From positions 147,312,001-147,376,000 of the forward strand of contig NC_135883.1 of the NCBI RefSeq assembly GCF_964194155.1: DNA of 64,000 nucleotides, in the 5' to 3' direction. A model generated the notes under the pieces. It had not been told where the DNA came from. It searched no databases and worked only from the letters and a program-made list of their open reading frames with translations. The translations under genes and the position numbers were made by a program. Source of the stretch: Cetorhinus maximus. Its lineage: Eukaryota. This document shows positions 1 through 12,856 of this stretch, in pieces (positions within the stretch are counted from its first letter, which is position 1; each line of letters begins with the position of its first letter).

Positions 1-591
1 GACATTGTTTTGTGCAAGTATTATTGTGCATCCCAACTAGGATTAGAGGTTACCGGTCAGTCCATCTTCAACAAGTTGCCTTTTTATAGATATTTTCTCT
101 TTTATATATATTATATTAACTCTATCTAGAGATATTATATATCTCTATTTGAAGGCATTTTCATGCAGATTTTAGAGGTAGCAATTGGAACATGACAAAT
201 AAATAATTCATTTATTGCTAGCAAAAGATACGTGGTGTGTACATAATACAGTGTGTCTGTTCGGCAATGTTCTAAATGCCATTGTATGAATTCATGTCCA
301 GGATTTATCACCTGCACAGCAAGTTCCTATCCTTCACTGCATCTTATTAAGTTTGAAACACTTCCAAAGGAATGAAATACTTGGTCCCTCACAACAACAC
401 ACTAATCCCAATCTTGTCCCCTTCCCATCATAGCAACTGAATCAGGAGTGCCAGAGTCCTGGAAATGGGGAAGTGTCAGTTACCTCTTGTTTGGGAAAAT
501 GCAGAGGAGGAAACATAAATCAGGTGAAGCTAAAAGAACAGCAGAAAATATATAAGACATTGAATGGGTGGACACTGACCAGTGACACCAT

Positions 592-736
592 GGGGTGGAT
601 TTTAAACTAGCTTCCTGGGCATGAAGCTGGTGTTTCACTTTGCTTGCGCCTACAAAAAACACCCAATCTTTTTGTTTCAATTAAGGGTGGCTGATCTGCA
701 ACTTTACACTCAGGCAACAAGCTGAAAATCTACCCC
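592..736. mobile_element. MITE with GGGGTGGATTTT terminal inverted repeats
   Basis: GGGGTGGATTTT at 592-603 and AAAATCTACCCC at 725-736 (11/12 match). Confidence 0.65.
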
Positions 737-1671
737 TTCATCATTGCTATTATGCCAAGCTGTATCATCTTGTCACACGTGTGACCTCTGCATCCCAAAT
801 ATCTATCTTCTCTCCTGGGATCAAGAACCTCTGCTACAGAGAATAGAGAGCACAGAAGCTGGCCATTCAGCCCAACTGTTCCATGCTGTGATTTTTTTTT
901 GCTCTCCCCTTATTTCATCTCACCCTATCAACAAGGTTGAATGTGAAATTGGAAAAAAAACACCTGCATCAATAGAGTGCCTTTCACGAGCTCAGGATGT
1001 CCCAAAGCACTTTATTATCAATGAAATACTATTTGAAGTGTAGTTTCCTGTTATAATGTAGGAAACATGGCAGCCATTCTGTGCAAAGCAAATTCCCATA
1101 AATAGCAATGTGATAATTACCAGATTACCCGAGTTTTAATTAGTGATGCTGGTTGCCAGATAAATATTTGCCAATACAAGTGCATTGTTAAGTAAAACAA
1201 AATTGCTGCAAATGGATTTATGAATACAAACAAAATGTGTTTGAGCTGTTTCAGTATTTGATTCTGAAAAAGAGACACACCTTCACTTTGTTTTGTCTGG
1301 TTTTCAGAGCTGTTACTTTTTATCATTGACATAGTGTTATTAAATACAGTAAGCAGGAAAGAAATAACTTTCATTTATCTAGGATCATAGGAACATGAGG
1401 AAGAGTAGCCCCTCAGGCCTGTGCTGCCATTCAGTTAGATCACAGCTGATCCTTACCTCAGTTCCATTTTCCTGCATTTGATCCTTGTCCCTCGAGACCC
1501 TTGCCTAGCAGAAATCTATTGATCTTAGTGTACAATTGCCCTACCATCCACAGCCTTTTGGGGAAGAGGATTCCACTTTTCTATGGCTACCTACCTAATA
1601 CTGTATCCCATCCCAAGGATATCCCAAAGCACCGGGTTCGAAAATGGGTGGAGTTTCGCCACAGTAAACAA

Positions 1672-2535
1672 TCTATATATATTTTAGCAAAGTGCCTGGC
1701 TGGCTGGCTGTCTGTCTATTGGCAACTCCTCCAAGGCCTTTGGGCCAGTCTCAATCAAACTTACTGGGATGATAGCTTGGACCAAGGGGCATGTTGTAGG
1801 GGAGTTGACACCTAACCAGCCCCACCGAGGGGTGGGTGGGCGGGGGGTGTGGTATTTGGCTTCCTAGCAGGGAATCCTGTGGCCCTGCCTACATGTGTCC
1901 CTGCTGACACTGGAACTCATGTCATAGGCCAGAATTTTCGGGTCGGTGAGCGGAGGCGGGGCCCACTCGCCGACGCATAAAATCACGCACGGTGACGTCA
2001 GGTGTGCGTCCCACTCCCGTCCAACCCCCCTGATGGGGAGAAAATTCTCCCCATAAATTTACATCATAAATCTCCAACGTTCATATTTAATTTGATATTT
2101 TTCTTCATTTTATTTGTTTCATGTAAGTTACATTCAGAGACACTAGACATTGGTAATTGATGAGGGAAAGTGGCACACAGAGCCAGGGAAGATGAAAAGG
2201 CTAGAGCAAGAAGGCAAAACGTTGACAGAAAGCGACAGAATGCAAGAACAACCACTGCTGCAAGTAGGAGACCAAGTCTCTTTAAGGCAGCTTTCATCTA
2301 TGATCCTCATAATTATGAGTCAGACCTAGAATATGATATTGACAGTAGATTAGAGGTATGTGAATATTGTAGCGCAAAAAATTGGAAAAAAGATCCACCT
2401 TCAATGTGTTGCCCAAATGGTAAAGTACGAGTGTCACTCCTAAGCGAGCCACCTGACCCACTGAATGTTCTTATTATGAGAACAACAGCAAAATTAAAAC
2501 ACTTCTTGAAAAACATAAAATATAACAGCTGAGTA
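1672..2535 (+). mobile_element. Helitron fragment (5' end plus N-terminal zinc-finger region of RepHel)
   Basis: Starts A|TCTATATAT followed by CTGG/CTGT microsatellite, typical of Helitron 5' ends. ORF 2170-2532 has CEYCSAKNWKKDPPSMCCPNGKV...PP...HFLKNIKYNS, the CxxC...CCxxGKV...YNS pattern of Helitron RepHel. Confidence 0.75.
1927..2052. mobile_element. Internally deleted CpG-rich MITE, same family as 45450-46060
   Basis: Shares CCCACTCGCCGACGCATAAAAT.ACGC.CGGTGACGT and the GGGGAGAAAAT.CT.CCC end with the 45.5 kb copy; inserted in the Helitron fragment. Confidence 0.75.
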
Positions 2536-2921
2536 GCTAAGAAATTTATTTATTTTGGCTCAAGGTGGAAGAACTTCTCATGTGTTCTATCAAGAAGTAT
2601 TTAACGTTTCAACAAACACTGAAAATGCAGACAGTGACATTGAGAATGTAGAGTGATACTACAGATGCTGTCTTTGACACTGATGATGAAATATTCAGAT
2701 TATTAACAAACATTAGGGAAATAGGTATAGATGTAGATTTTAATCCTGAGGATTTTGAGAGTGACACTGAGGATGTAGAGAATGATTTGTAGGAACCATA
2801 TAGTGAAAGTTGTAAAACTAATAAACTAAGAGTCAAGCCAAGTAATGTAAAGCGAATGAAAGTAAATTCATTGTGAAAAAAAATTGTTCAATAATGTTTT
2901 TGAGTATAATAATATTGTGTT

Positions 2922-3478
2922 TTTATTTATTATTCATTTACGAGATGCCCATCCCTAATTGCCCCCTTGAGAAGGTGGGGGGTGAGCTGCCTTCTTGAGC
3001 CGCTGCAGTCTCCGTGCGGTGTAGGTACACCCACCGTGCTGTTAGGGAGGGAGTTCCAGGATTTTGACCCAGCGACAGTGAAGGAACGGCAATACATTTC
3101 CAAGTCAGGATGGTGAGTGGCTTGGAGGGAAACTTCCAGGTGGTGGTGTTCCAATGCGCTTGCTGCCGATGTCCTTCTAGTTGGTAGCTGTTGTGGGTTT
3201 AGAAGGCGCTGTCTAAGCATCTTGGTGAGTTTCTGCAGTGCATCTTGTAGGCAGTACATACTGCTGCTACTGTGCATTGGTGGTGAAGGGAGTGAATGTT
3301 TGTGGATGGGGTGTAAATCAAGTGGGCTGCTTTGTCCTGGATGGTGTCAAGCCTCCTGAGTGTTGTTGGAGCTGCACTCATCCAGGCAAGTGGAGAATAT
3401 TCCATCACACTCCTGACTTGTGCCTTGTAGAGTGTGGACAGGCTTTGGGGAGTCAGGAGATGAGATACTCACTGCAGG
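2922..3478 (-). mobile_element. 3' end of the same CR1-clade LINE family
   Basis: MEYSPLAWMSAAPTTLRRLDTIQDKAAHLI; reverse complement of 31520-32060. Confidence 0.88.
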
Positions 3479-3791
3479 ATTTGAATAGGTGTCTGTGTTT
3501 CATATTTGTGGGCTTAAAATTGTTAATGAAATAATTGTGTGAAAGAATGTAATTAAGTGAAAGTTGAATGAAGTCTGTTGAATTTTCAGTCCATGTGCCC
3601 CTAGAGCCAATATCTGTTTATCACTTAATAACAATATTTTCTTAATCTTAATTTTAACTTTCATTGTTTTATTTCCAGAGCATTGGAAGGGTTGCCCAGC
3701 TTCTAATAAGTATGAATAAAAATTCATTAGCAGCATTGAACTCATATTATTAAATCCAAATTTAGGTCTTATACATGGAGGAAAATTATAG

Positions 3792-3891
3792 TTGAAGAGT
3801 CATACGGACTCGAAACATTAACTGTGTTCCTCTCCGCAGATGCTGTCAGACCTGCTGAGTTTTTCCAGGTATTTTTATTTTTGTTTTTGTT
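3792..3891 (+). mobile_element. Solo Penelope terminal repeat with 14-bp target site duplication
   Basis: Homologous to 9545-9640; flanked by GAGGAAAATTATAG at 3778-3791 and 3892-3905. Confidence 0.85.
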
Positions 3892-3989
3892 GAGGAAAAT
3901 TATAGCTTCTTTTATATTGATCTCGGAACACTGGTTCATGCAACCCTCGACTCCCACAGACGACAATCGGATGGGTTTGAAAATTGGCA

Positions 3990-4335
3990 AATTTTAGAAT
4001 ATAAAAACATAAGAAATAGGAACAGGAGTAGGCCATTTGCCCCCTCAAGCCTGCTCTGCCATTCATGGTTGATCTTTTATATAAACTTCACTTTCCAGCC
4101 CTATCCTTATTTCCCTTGATTCCATTCAAGTCCAAAAATTGGCAATCTCAGTCTTAAATATGCTCAATGACTGAATGTCCACAAACATCTGGTGTACAGA
4201 CACTAAATCTGTACACAATACTCCAGGTGTGATCTCACCAATGCCCTGTACAATTGCAGCAAGATTTCCTTATTGTGTACTCCAAACCTCTTGCAATAGA
4301 GGCCAACATGCCTTCTTAATTGCTTTCTGTACAAT
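3990..4335 (-). mobile_element. CR1 LINE 3' fragment
   Basis: AACATAAGAAATAGGAACAGGAGTAGGCCATT...CCTGCTCTGCCATTCA. Related pieces at ~1385-1580, ~5620-5820, ~39100-39270 and ~40370-41050. Confidence 0.7.
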
Positions 4336-4579
4336 AATTCCCTGCTTAACATTGGGACCGTATTCCTGAAAAGTGCAACTATAAATTAAACAGTGTTAAA
4401 TGAATCAGATTTTCCCATTACAACCGATGTAAAAGCATTAGTTAGGTCCTGTAGGACCTTTCCCATCAGAAAAATATTAACATGTTATATCGCTAAGTTA
4501 TTACATTTGTAAATGAAATAACTTTTAAAATAAAATGTATTTAAAAATTATAAAAGAAATATACTAAGTCTTTCTACTT

Positions 4580-5130
4580 ACCTCCCACTCACCATCTCTC
4601 TCGCCTGCTGTCCCTTCTACTCCTTGCTTCTCCTAAACCCTCTTGCTCGCCACCGATCATGCTTTCCAACTCTCCCATTGACTGACCCTCCTTCTGGCTG
4701 ATCCTCCTGTTCCCAACCTCCCACTGACTGCCTCTCCCGCTCGCCAACCCTCCTGCTGAAGACCTTCCAGATCACCGACCCTCCCACTGGCCACCCCTCC
4801 TGCTCTGAACCCTCCCAATAGCGAACACTTCCACTCACCGACCCTCCCAATCACCGCCTCTGCTGCTCACCAACCCTCTCGCTTGTTGACCCTCCCACTC
4901 ATCGACCCTGCTGCTGGCCGACCTTCCCGCTTGCAGCTTCCCTCTCCCGATGCCTTGCTGTGAGTGATGGTTCGGGAGATGAGTGGAAAGAGGGAAGAAG
5001 CAACTTATGGTCTGAGAGCATCTAGCATCTTCAAGTTGCAGGGTCATGAAGGTAAGACGCAAGCTGGAGAGGCAGCAAGCGGGGTGGGGGGTGGGGAGGG
5101 GTTGGGGGGGGGTGGGGGGGGGGGGGTCGT
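4580..5130. repeat. Degenerate C-rich tandem repeats (ACCCTCCC-type units) followed by long G tracts
   Basis: Recurrent GACCCTCCCACT/AACCCTCC units at 4680-4930; G runs at 5080-5127. Confidence 0.6.
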
Positions 5131-7689
5131 CGGCCAGTGAAAGAGCTGGCTACCAGTCAGTCTGACTGTACTAAACCGCCTGTGCTTTTAAAACTCAGAA
5201 CTGAACGTCTAATGTTAAATGTGATTCTGCAATTGGACAGCACTTGTTGAACAATCCTGAGTGTGCTAAGAATTATATTAACAACCAATTTAAGGTTATC
5301 AATCGGGCTCACAATGCAGTTCACTTACGTTTGCTAGAAGCTATTCATAATCATATGCAGGGACCTGTGTTCTGTGAACAAAAGGTGCATGTTCAGGCAT
5401 TGCACCTTTTTTGAATTAAACTAAAGCGTGGGGGACAATAGTTCCCTGGTGCATTCTCCATGACAATGCCTCAACCAATCAAAGTCCACTTCCCAACCAA
5501 ACAGCACCCTTTTCTCATGCAGTATAAGCTATTGCTTCCATTGAAATTTGGCATTCTGGTGTTTGACCTGATGATTGCAAGAAAAAAAGTTTTGACAGCA
5601 TGTCTCTTTTTGCAGCAATACTCAAGTTCTGTACTACCGAGCCATTATCTAGTAGATTTGTCAATTTTGACTTTCCTTTCAGAAAATGAAGTTGACTCTG
5701 CCTTATCATAATGTGATTTTCTAAGTACCCTGTTAATATTTCATTGATAATAGGTTCCAGCATTTTCCCAATGACTGATGTCAGGTCAACTAGCCTGTAG
5801 TTTCTTATTTTCTCTCTCCCTCATATTTGGTAGATGACCATTGTTCCCCTTGGTCACCATCACCAGGGAAGTCTTTCTTTCTTTGGATTTAGTGCCTGCC
5901 ACTGGCCAGTAAGAGCACTGCACCAGCAGCAGCCTGATATTGAAACAAACCTCCAACACACCGCCCCCGCCACCTCCCCAGCCACGCTTTCAAACATGGG
6001 CGCTTTAAACGCATTAGCTTGTACCTGCCGGTCTCATGATGATGCTATGACATAATGAGCAAACATCATGAAACAATGGCACGGTGCTTGATTTTTTGGC
6101 ACCAACCTTTGTTTTCACGTCCTTCTGATGGCAAAATGCTACTTTTCATGTAAATTAGAGAGAGCAGTACTCCCCCGTGACCTGGTCTGTGAGTATTAGA
6201 GGCTCTTATCAATAGCAGTTAAATGTGCCAGCAGAGCAAATCTCAGATAAGGAATATGCGGCCAACACTTTTCACACTTTTTACAATTGGTTTTGATTCA
6301 TTTTCTAAAAAGAAAACAAATCTTGCCATTTTTAAAAAGACTTGCAAATATATTGTGCCTCAGGAAATTTCAAAGTACTTCAGTCAATGAGTACTTTTGT
6401 TGTAGTCTTTGTTATAATGTAGAATTTATAAGCACTACAGAATAAGGATTTCTTTAGTTACACTGTAAATATGTTTATGAAGATTGCTCCTTCAAGAACA
6501 CCTCACAGAATCTTTGAAAATGTATCTACCAACTACTTGAAATTGTGAACACGTTGAAGATGCCACAGCATAAACTGTTGCTCTTTATTCTCTTACACAG
6601 ACTTTGCAGCAAATCTCAAGGTTTGTTGTACAGGATCATGAAGTACTACATCCAATGATCAATAAAGTAATCTTCCATTGCCTAGTGTCTTCTTCATTTC
6701 ATGGAGTTTTATTATGTTCCATTAGCTGCATAATTGACCTATTATTGATAAGAATCTACAAGCTACCTCCTGAGCCCCATTTCTGTAATTATTAGCTTGT
6801 CTACTTCTAACCCTATTAGTGTAAGTTTGTCTCTGGAGATGTCTAGCTGAGTGTACAGACTAAGCAGACCTCTGTGTCTGAGGTCTGCTTAGATAAAGGC
6901 ACCTCTCCCAAAGGACTGGAAAGACAACAAAGTAGTTGACAGCATAGACATCTGTGTGTGAATTTTCTCAGTGTGCCTACAGTCCATCACAGTCACATTG
7001 TCATTGTCTTGCACAGTTTCTCATTCCACTTTTCAATATTAGCACCAGAAGTGACTTTTGGATGCATGGGAACTGAGCAGACAAGCAAAGCAGATGAGTC
7101 ACTGTGTATAGTAGAAAATATAGCAGCTAAAACAACTGAACCTTTGAAGCCGGGCAACTATGAGCTGAAAAAGCTCTCTGATCCGTAAGTGAGAAAAGCA
7201 ATGACTAACTAGAGAAAGAATGTATATTAAGCAAAATAGATTGTTGTAAAAGGACGGATCCATTCTAATGGCTCCTGACTTTCCTCAGCCTTAGCTCTTT
7301 GGCAAAGTCCTTTGAAGTTTACTGGAACATGGCATTTGCACTCCTTTAATGGTGTATTTCAGTTCTCTATAGTCATGTGCATCAATCTCCTAGAAACATA
7401 ATCAAAGGATCCTGTTTAAGTTTGTGAGGGTAAGAGAAAGCAAATCTGGGGCAAGGCAATCAGTGTCATGGCTCCAGGTATGGAAATATAAAATAAAAAC
7501 AAAAATTGTTGAAAATACAGGCCAAGTCTATCATCCATAAAAGTAGAGGAGACAGGTTAACATTTCAGGTGCAGCCTCTTTGCCAGTTGTAATATAGGAG
7601 GAAGATTTCTTCCCAGTGCTACATGTAATGAAATTGTGACACCTCTTTTACAAACTGGTCTATGATATTGATTTCGCTATACTTCCTAC

Positions 7690-9162
7690 ATGCAGGAAAT
7701 TTGTGCCCAAAGGATCCTTCCCACCTACATCCGTGATTCCTCTGACACCTTACGTCACATCAACAATTTCCAGTTCCCTGGCCCCAACCGCTTCCTCTTC
7801 ACCATGGACGTCCAATCCCTCTACACCTCCATCCCCCACCAGGATGGTCTGAGGGCCCTTAGTTTCTTCCTTGAACAGAGGCCCGAACAATCCCCATCCA
7901 CCACTACTCTCCTCTGTCTGGCTGAACTTGTTCTCATACTGAACAATTTCTCCTTTAACTCCTCTCACTTCCTCCAAATAAAAGGTGTGGCTATGGGTAC
8001 CCGCATGGGCCCCAGCTATGCCTGTCTCTTTATGGGGTATGTGGAACATTCCCTGTTCCAGTCCTACTCCGGCCCCCTCCCACAACTCTTTCTCCGGTAC
8101 ATCGATGATTACTTCGGTGCTGCTTCATGCTCTCGTCGGGACCTGGAAAAATTTATTAATTTTGCTTCCAATCTCCACCCCTACATCATTTTCACATGGT
8201 CCATCTCTGACACTCCCCTTCCCTTCCTTGACCTCTCTGTCTCAATTTCTGGTGATAGACTGTCCACCAATATCCATTACAAGCCTACTGACTCCCACAG
8301 CTACCTCGACTACAGCTCCTCACACCCCGCTTCCTGTAAGGACTCCATCCCATTCTCTCAGTTCCTTCACCTCCGTCGCATCTGTTCTGATGATGCTACC
8401 TTCAAAAACAGTTCCTCTGACATGTCCTCCTTCCTTAACCGAGGTTTTCCACCCACGGTGGTTGACAGGGCCCTCAACCGTGTCCGGCCCATCTCCCGCG
8501 CATCCGCCCTCACGCCTTCTCTTCCCTCCCAGAAACATGATAGGGATATTGTCCTCACTTATTACCCCACCAGCCTCCGCATTCAAAGGATCATCCTCCG
8601 CCATTTCCGCCAACTCCAGCATGCTGCCACCACCAAACACATCTTCCCTTCACCCCCCCCGGCGCCATTCCGTAGGGATCGTTCCCTCTGGGACACCCTG
8701 GTCCACTCCTCCATCACCCCCTACTCCTCAACCCCCACCTATGGCACCTCCCCATGCCCACGCAGAAGATGCAACACCTGCCCCTTCACTTCCTCTCTCC
8801 TCACCGTCCAAGGGCCCAAACACTCCTTTCAAGTGAAGCAGCATTTCACTTGCATTTCCCCTAACTTAGTCTACTGCATTCGTTGCTCCCAATGCGGTCT
8901 CCTCTACATTGGAGAGACCAAATGCAAACTGGGCGACCACTTTGCAGAACACCTGCAGTCTGTCCGCAAGAAAGACCCAAACCTCCCTGTCGCTTGCCAT
9001 TTTGACACTCCACCCTGCTCTCTTGCCCACATGTCTGTCCTTGGCTTGCTGCATTGTTCCAGTGAAGCCCAACGCAAACTGGAGGAACAGCACCTCATCT
9101 TCCGACTAGGCACTTTACAGCCTTCCGGGCTGAATATTGAATTCAACAACTTTAGATCTTGA
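7690..9162 (+). CDS. Penelope-like retroelement RT plus GIY-YIG endonuclease (5'-truncated, probably inactive)
   Basis: RT motifs FTMDVQSLYTSIP, QIKGVAMGTRMGPSYA and FLRYIDD; C-terminal LVYCIRCSQCGLLYIGET...FAEH...GLN GIY-YIG domain. The N-terminus runs into flanking DNA. Confidence 0.92.
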   Translation: MQEICAQRILPTYIRDSSDTLRHINNFQFPGPNRFLFTMDVQSLYTSIPHQDGLRALSFFLEQRPEQSPSTTTLLCLAELVLILNNFSFNSSHFLQIKGVAMGTRMGPSYACLFMGYVEHSLFQSYSGPLPQLFLRYIDDYFGAASCSRRDLEKFINFASNLHPYIIFTWSISDTPLPFLDLSVSISGDRLSTNIHYKPTDSHSYLDYSSSHPASCKDSIPFSQFLHLRRICSDDATFKNSSSDMSSFLNRGFPPTVVDRALNRVRPISRASALTPSLPSQKHDRDIVLTYYPTSLRIQRIILRHFRQLQHAATTKHIFPSPPPAPFRRDRSLWDTLVHSSITPYSSTPTYGTSPCPRRRCNTCPFTSSLLTVQGPKHSFQVKQHFTCISPNLVYCIRCSQCGLLYIGETKCKLGDHFAEHLQSVRKKDPNLPVACHFDTPPCSLAHMSVLGLLHCSSEAQRKLEEQHLIFRLGTLQPSGLNIEFNNFRS

Positions 9163-9680
9163 ACTCCCTCCCCCATCCCCACCCCCTTTCCGTTTCTTCC
9201 CCCTCCCTTTTGTTTTTTCCAATAATTTATATAGATTTTTCTTTTCCCACCTATTTCCATTATTTTTAAATCTATAACTGTAATGCCCTGTCAGTCTTTC
9301 CACCCCACCCCCACTAGAGCTGTACCTTGAGTGTCCTGCCATCCATTCTTAATTAGCACATTCTCTTAGATAATATCACTACCTTTTACACGTCTTTGTT
9401 CCTTTGTCTGTGACAACTTTTGATTATCTGCTCCTATCACTGTTTGCTTGTCCCTACAACCACCCCCCCCACCCCCCACCAACTTCTCCCCCCCACCTTA
9501 AACCAGCTTATATTTCACCCCTCTCTTAACTTTACTCAGTTCTGCTGAAGGGTCATGAGGATTCGAAACATCAACTCTTTTCTTCTCCGCCGATGCTGCC
9601 AGACCTGCTGAGTTTTTCCAGGTAATTCTGTTTTTGTTTTGGATTTCCAGCATCCGCAGTAGTTTTTTGTTTTTATCTCT
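7712..9680 (+). mobile_element. Penelope-like element including 3' UTR/pseudo-LTR
   Basis: The ORF above is followed by a pyrimidine-rich UTR and the terminal repeat (...GATGCTGCCAGACCTGCTGAGTTTTTCCAG...) that recurs as solo copies in the window. Confidence 0.9.
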
Positions 9681-12668
9681 TAATCTTTTTTCAGATGATG
9701 GCAAGCCTGCATTTTCTGTTGCAAATAACTTGACGGATAAGAATTGTCACGTTCAGTTGACGTTGTTTGTTAAGGTGCACATCACGGAACATGCCACAAC
9801 TTTTTTTTAAAGTTTTTTGCTGTAGCTCGGTGATGGTTAGAAATGAATGTATATATGGCCCCATTGCATTTTACCCTTTTCTATGATCTCTAAGTAGTTC
9901 AAACCACCAACATCAGGAAGGTAAGTAACTCAAAGGCTAAGACAGAATCTAATACTGAATATGTGCTGGGGGTGGAAGAAGCTTCAGAATGGCACAGAAT
10001 CACAGTCATCAGATCATGTGAATAGTTTTTGGCATAAGCTAGAATGAGCCATGGAAGTTGGCGAATTGAGAAGTTCTTATAGCAAAATTGAATGAAGCTT
10101 CAGTAACAGCTGCACACGGTGGTATGGATGTGCTGGCAGCTGGAGTAATAACAGCAAAGTATGAAGTAGAATTACCTTAATGTTGTCAAAGTTTAATGTA
10201 GTAATTACAGCAAAATTATTGGTAGAAAGACCCATGTGTAAGCATTTTCCAAGCAGTACAGTAAACATCCAAGTGCTTCTGTATGCTATATGCTATCAAT
10301 AGCATATAATCAAATATCTATGGTGTGTAATACAGTGAAATAGTATTCATGCATCTACTTGCTTTTTTATAGACATCACCCCTCTTCTCCACCAATTGTC
10401 TGCCCCTTCCTGTAACCAAGAAAAATTCTCAATCTAATTTCATAGTGCAAGCAATCTTTCCCAATGGTCAAATCTGTGCACGATTAAAGCCATTGAGCAT
10501 CCAAATGTTGCTTCTTAACCATGAGCCAAACCTGATCTTCCCAGCATGAGCGACTGAATAGTGACCATCAACCAAAACCTACCAGATTTCTGCCTTATCT
10601 AGCCGCAGAATAGTTTGTTTCGCCCCCAGTGTTTTCCTATCTAACATGAGCCAACTCAGCTTTGTCCAACCTGCTAGTTCCACCATCAGCTACATTTTCC
10701 AATTTAGGTCTGTTTTGTTTTGTTCTTTTCTTCATTCTAATTGTCCTGACTTGCTAGGATGTGGTTCCAAGAGTACTGGCAGGCTGTTGGTAACTTACCC
10801 AAGTTGCCATTCTCTAAGTGTGAGCCTAGACTGTGTTCATCGATAGGATTACCTGAACATTTGGGATGGGGGGGAGGGGGAGATAGCCCACGCCTATCCT
10901 CAAATATACTGGATATCAGCGAGGAATGGAAACCCTGCCTAATTCTAAAACCCTTTACTTTCACTATGTTTGAAATGAGCTAACATAACAAGGACCAGGG
11001 ATCAAACCCACGACCTTCCTGGCTTATTTGGCTCAATACTGCCTGTGGTGGTGTCTTTACCTATCCTACCATTGCATGGATTCTGACATCCAATTCTAAA
11101 TCCTCCTGGGAAAAAGAAACAATAGTCATGTACAGTTCATTACAGGGAGGGGCAGTAAATGCTGGCCTAGCCAGCGACGCCCACATCCCGTGAAAGAATT
11201 AAAAAAATTATGAAAGGAACCATTTAGAAGTGCCTGCCACAATGAGTTTTCAAGATATTATCTTATACATTAAGCAATTCTTTATTAATTTGAAAATATT
11301 TTACATAATGCCTTTCCATAACAAATATGATCTTCATTACTTGTTTAACCTGGGAACTGAAGGACAAGATTGATTATTATTATCGTTATTATCTGATTTC
11401 TGTATTCTAAGACAGTTAGAACTGACTTTTTTGGGATTGAGGTGATGAATTTCTCACCTACTTTGAGACAATGACTTGTGCCTGGGTAGAATATCCTGGA
11501 TGGTCATCAGGACCAAGCTCAATCCTGTCCTCAGCAGACACACACTTCCCAACAGGAGTCATAGAAAGTAATCAGGACTGGGAACCTTGGCTAATTTTTC
11601 TCCTAGTTAGACACAGGCAAATTACAGTGCCTTTACTGTCACCCCAAGCTAGCTAACTTACCAATGAACCAGAACTACACCAGTATAATAGTAAAAAATA
11701 TTTATTGATTCTTTAAGAGGATATAGGAATATAATGAATAATATACTGAGTCCATTTTTTGTTAACTGACTGAGAGACCTGGTGCACACATTGAAAATGA
11801 AGTGAGACAGGCTATGAGGCGCACTAGGTTAACACTCACTGGAGCTTGATGTTCATTACAATTGAATCACAAGCACAATGCAAATGTTGAGAACACAGTG
11901 GTTCCCTTGCTGATCCAGAGCAATTATTTTCTTTCAGAGAATTGCTGTGCCCATTTTGAAGTGTGATTATGCCTGAAATGACAACAATCTTTATGCTACC
12001 AATCTCCTGCTTTATGTTAAAAGAACAGAATCATTCAATCCCTGTTGATCTCAGAATAAGAACAGGCTGTGTAATAAGATGCATGATCGATAAGTTCATT
12101 GGTATTTTTCTTTCATTCCAAGCAATTGAACTTGGATCAATACTTTTGTTCCAATAAATGAACTGTTTATGTTATGTTCCAGTAAATAAGCGTACTGTTA
12201 GAAACCTTTGTCATTAGTAAACATTAAAGCATCATGGCTGAAATGGTATGGCAGAAATAGATATGCAGGCCATGTAGGATGGTGAGTGTGATAAGTAAAC
12301 CTAACTGTAACACTATCTTATTAAAAAAAAGGAACATTTGTCCAGATTAACAGTTCCCTTTCTTCCCATTGAACAAAATGAAACACAAAATTATTGCTGA
12401 ATATTGCAGTGAAAATAGTGAATTAATGTAAAAGGAATGGGCTTGAGGTCCCAGTCCTTCTGGAACATATGGATGATCCATTAGATTGCAAGACAGATAT
12501 GGATGAGGCATTCCACTTGGCTACCCTAACCCATCCAGCCAGAGAAATCTGAAATAAAGACAGAAAATGCTGGAAAGACTCACTACACTATGACCTGCAG
12601 TTTCTTCTCCCAATAGATGGTCTAAGCATTTTCCCATTTGAGTGTCACCCATTCAAAACTGCAGCTTC

Positions 12669-12856
12669 TGTGGAGAGAGGCTGAGTTGACGTTTTGAGTC
12701 GGTATGACTCTTCACTTTTGAACTCTGAAGAAGAGTCATAAGGACTTGAAACTTTAACTCTGTTTCCCTCTTCACAGATGTTGCCGGACCTGCTAAGTCT
12801 TTCCAGCAGTTTCTGTCCTTATTTCAGATTTCCAGCATTTTGGTTTTATTTTAGAG
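12669..12856. mobile_element. Solo Penelope terminal repeat with inverted arrangement and 14-bp flanking duplication
   Basis: Antisense piece followed by a sense piece of the terminal repeat; AAAACTGCAGCTTC on both sides (12655-12668 and 12857-12870). Confidence 0.7.

Noticed and set aside
7985-8836. 283-aa Pro/Ser/Thr-rich ORF and several antisense ORFs over the Penelope element
   Set aside because: Shadow frames of the C-rich RT coding sequence, with no independent motifs.
10178-10278. Further minus-strand exon (STWMFTVLLGKCLHMGLS...NIK|GTAATT) for the divergent transcript
   Set aside because: The acceptor lacks a pyrimidine tract; phase compatibility alone is too weak.
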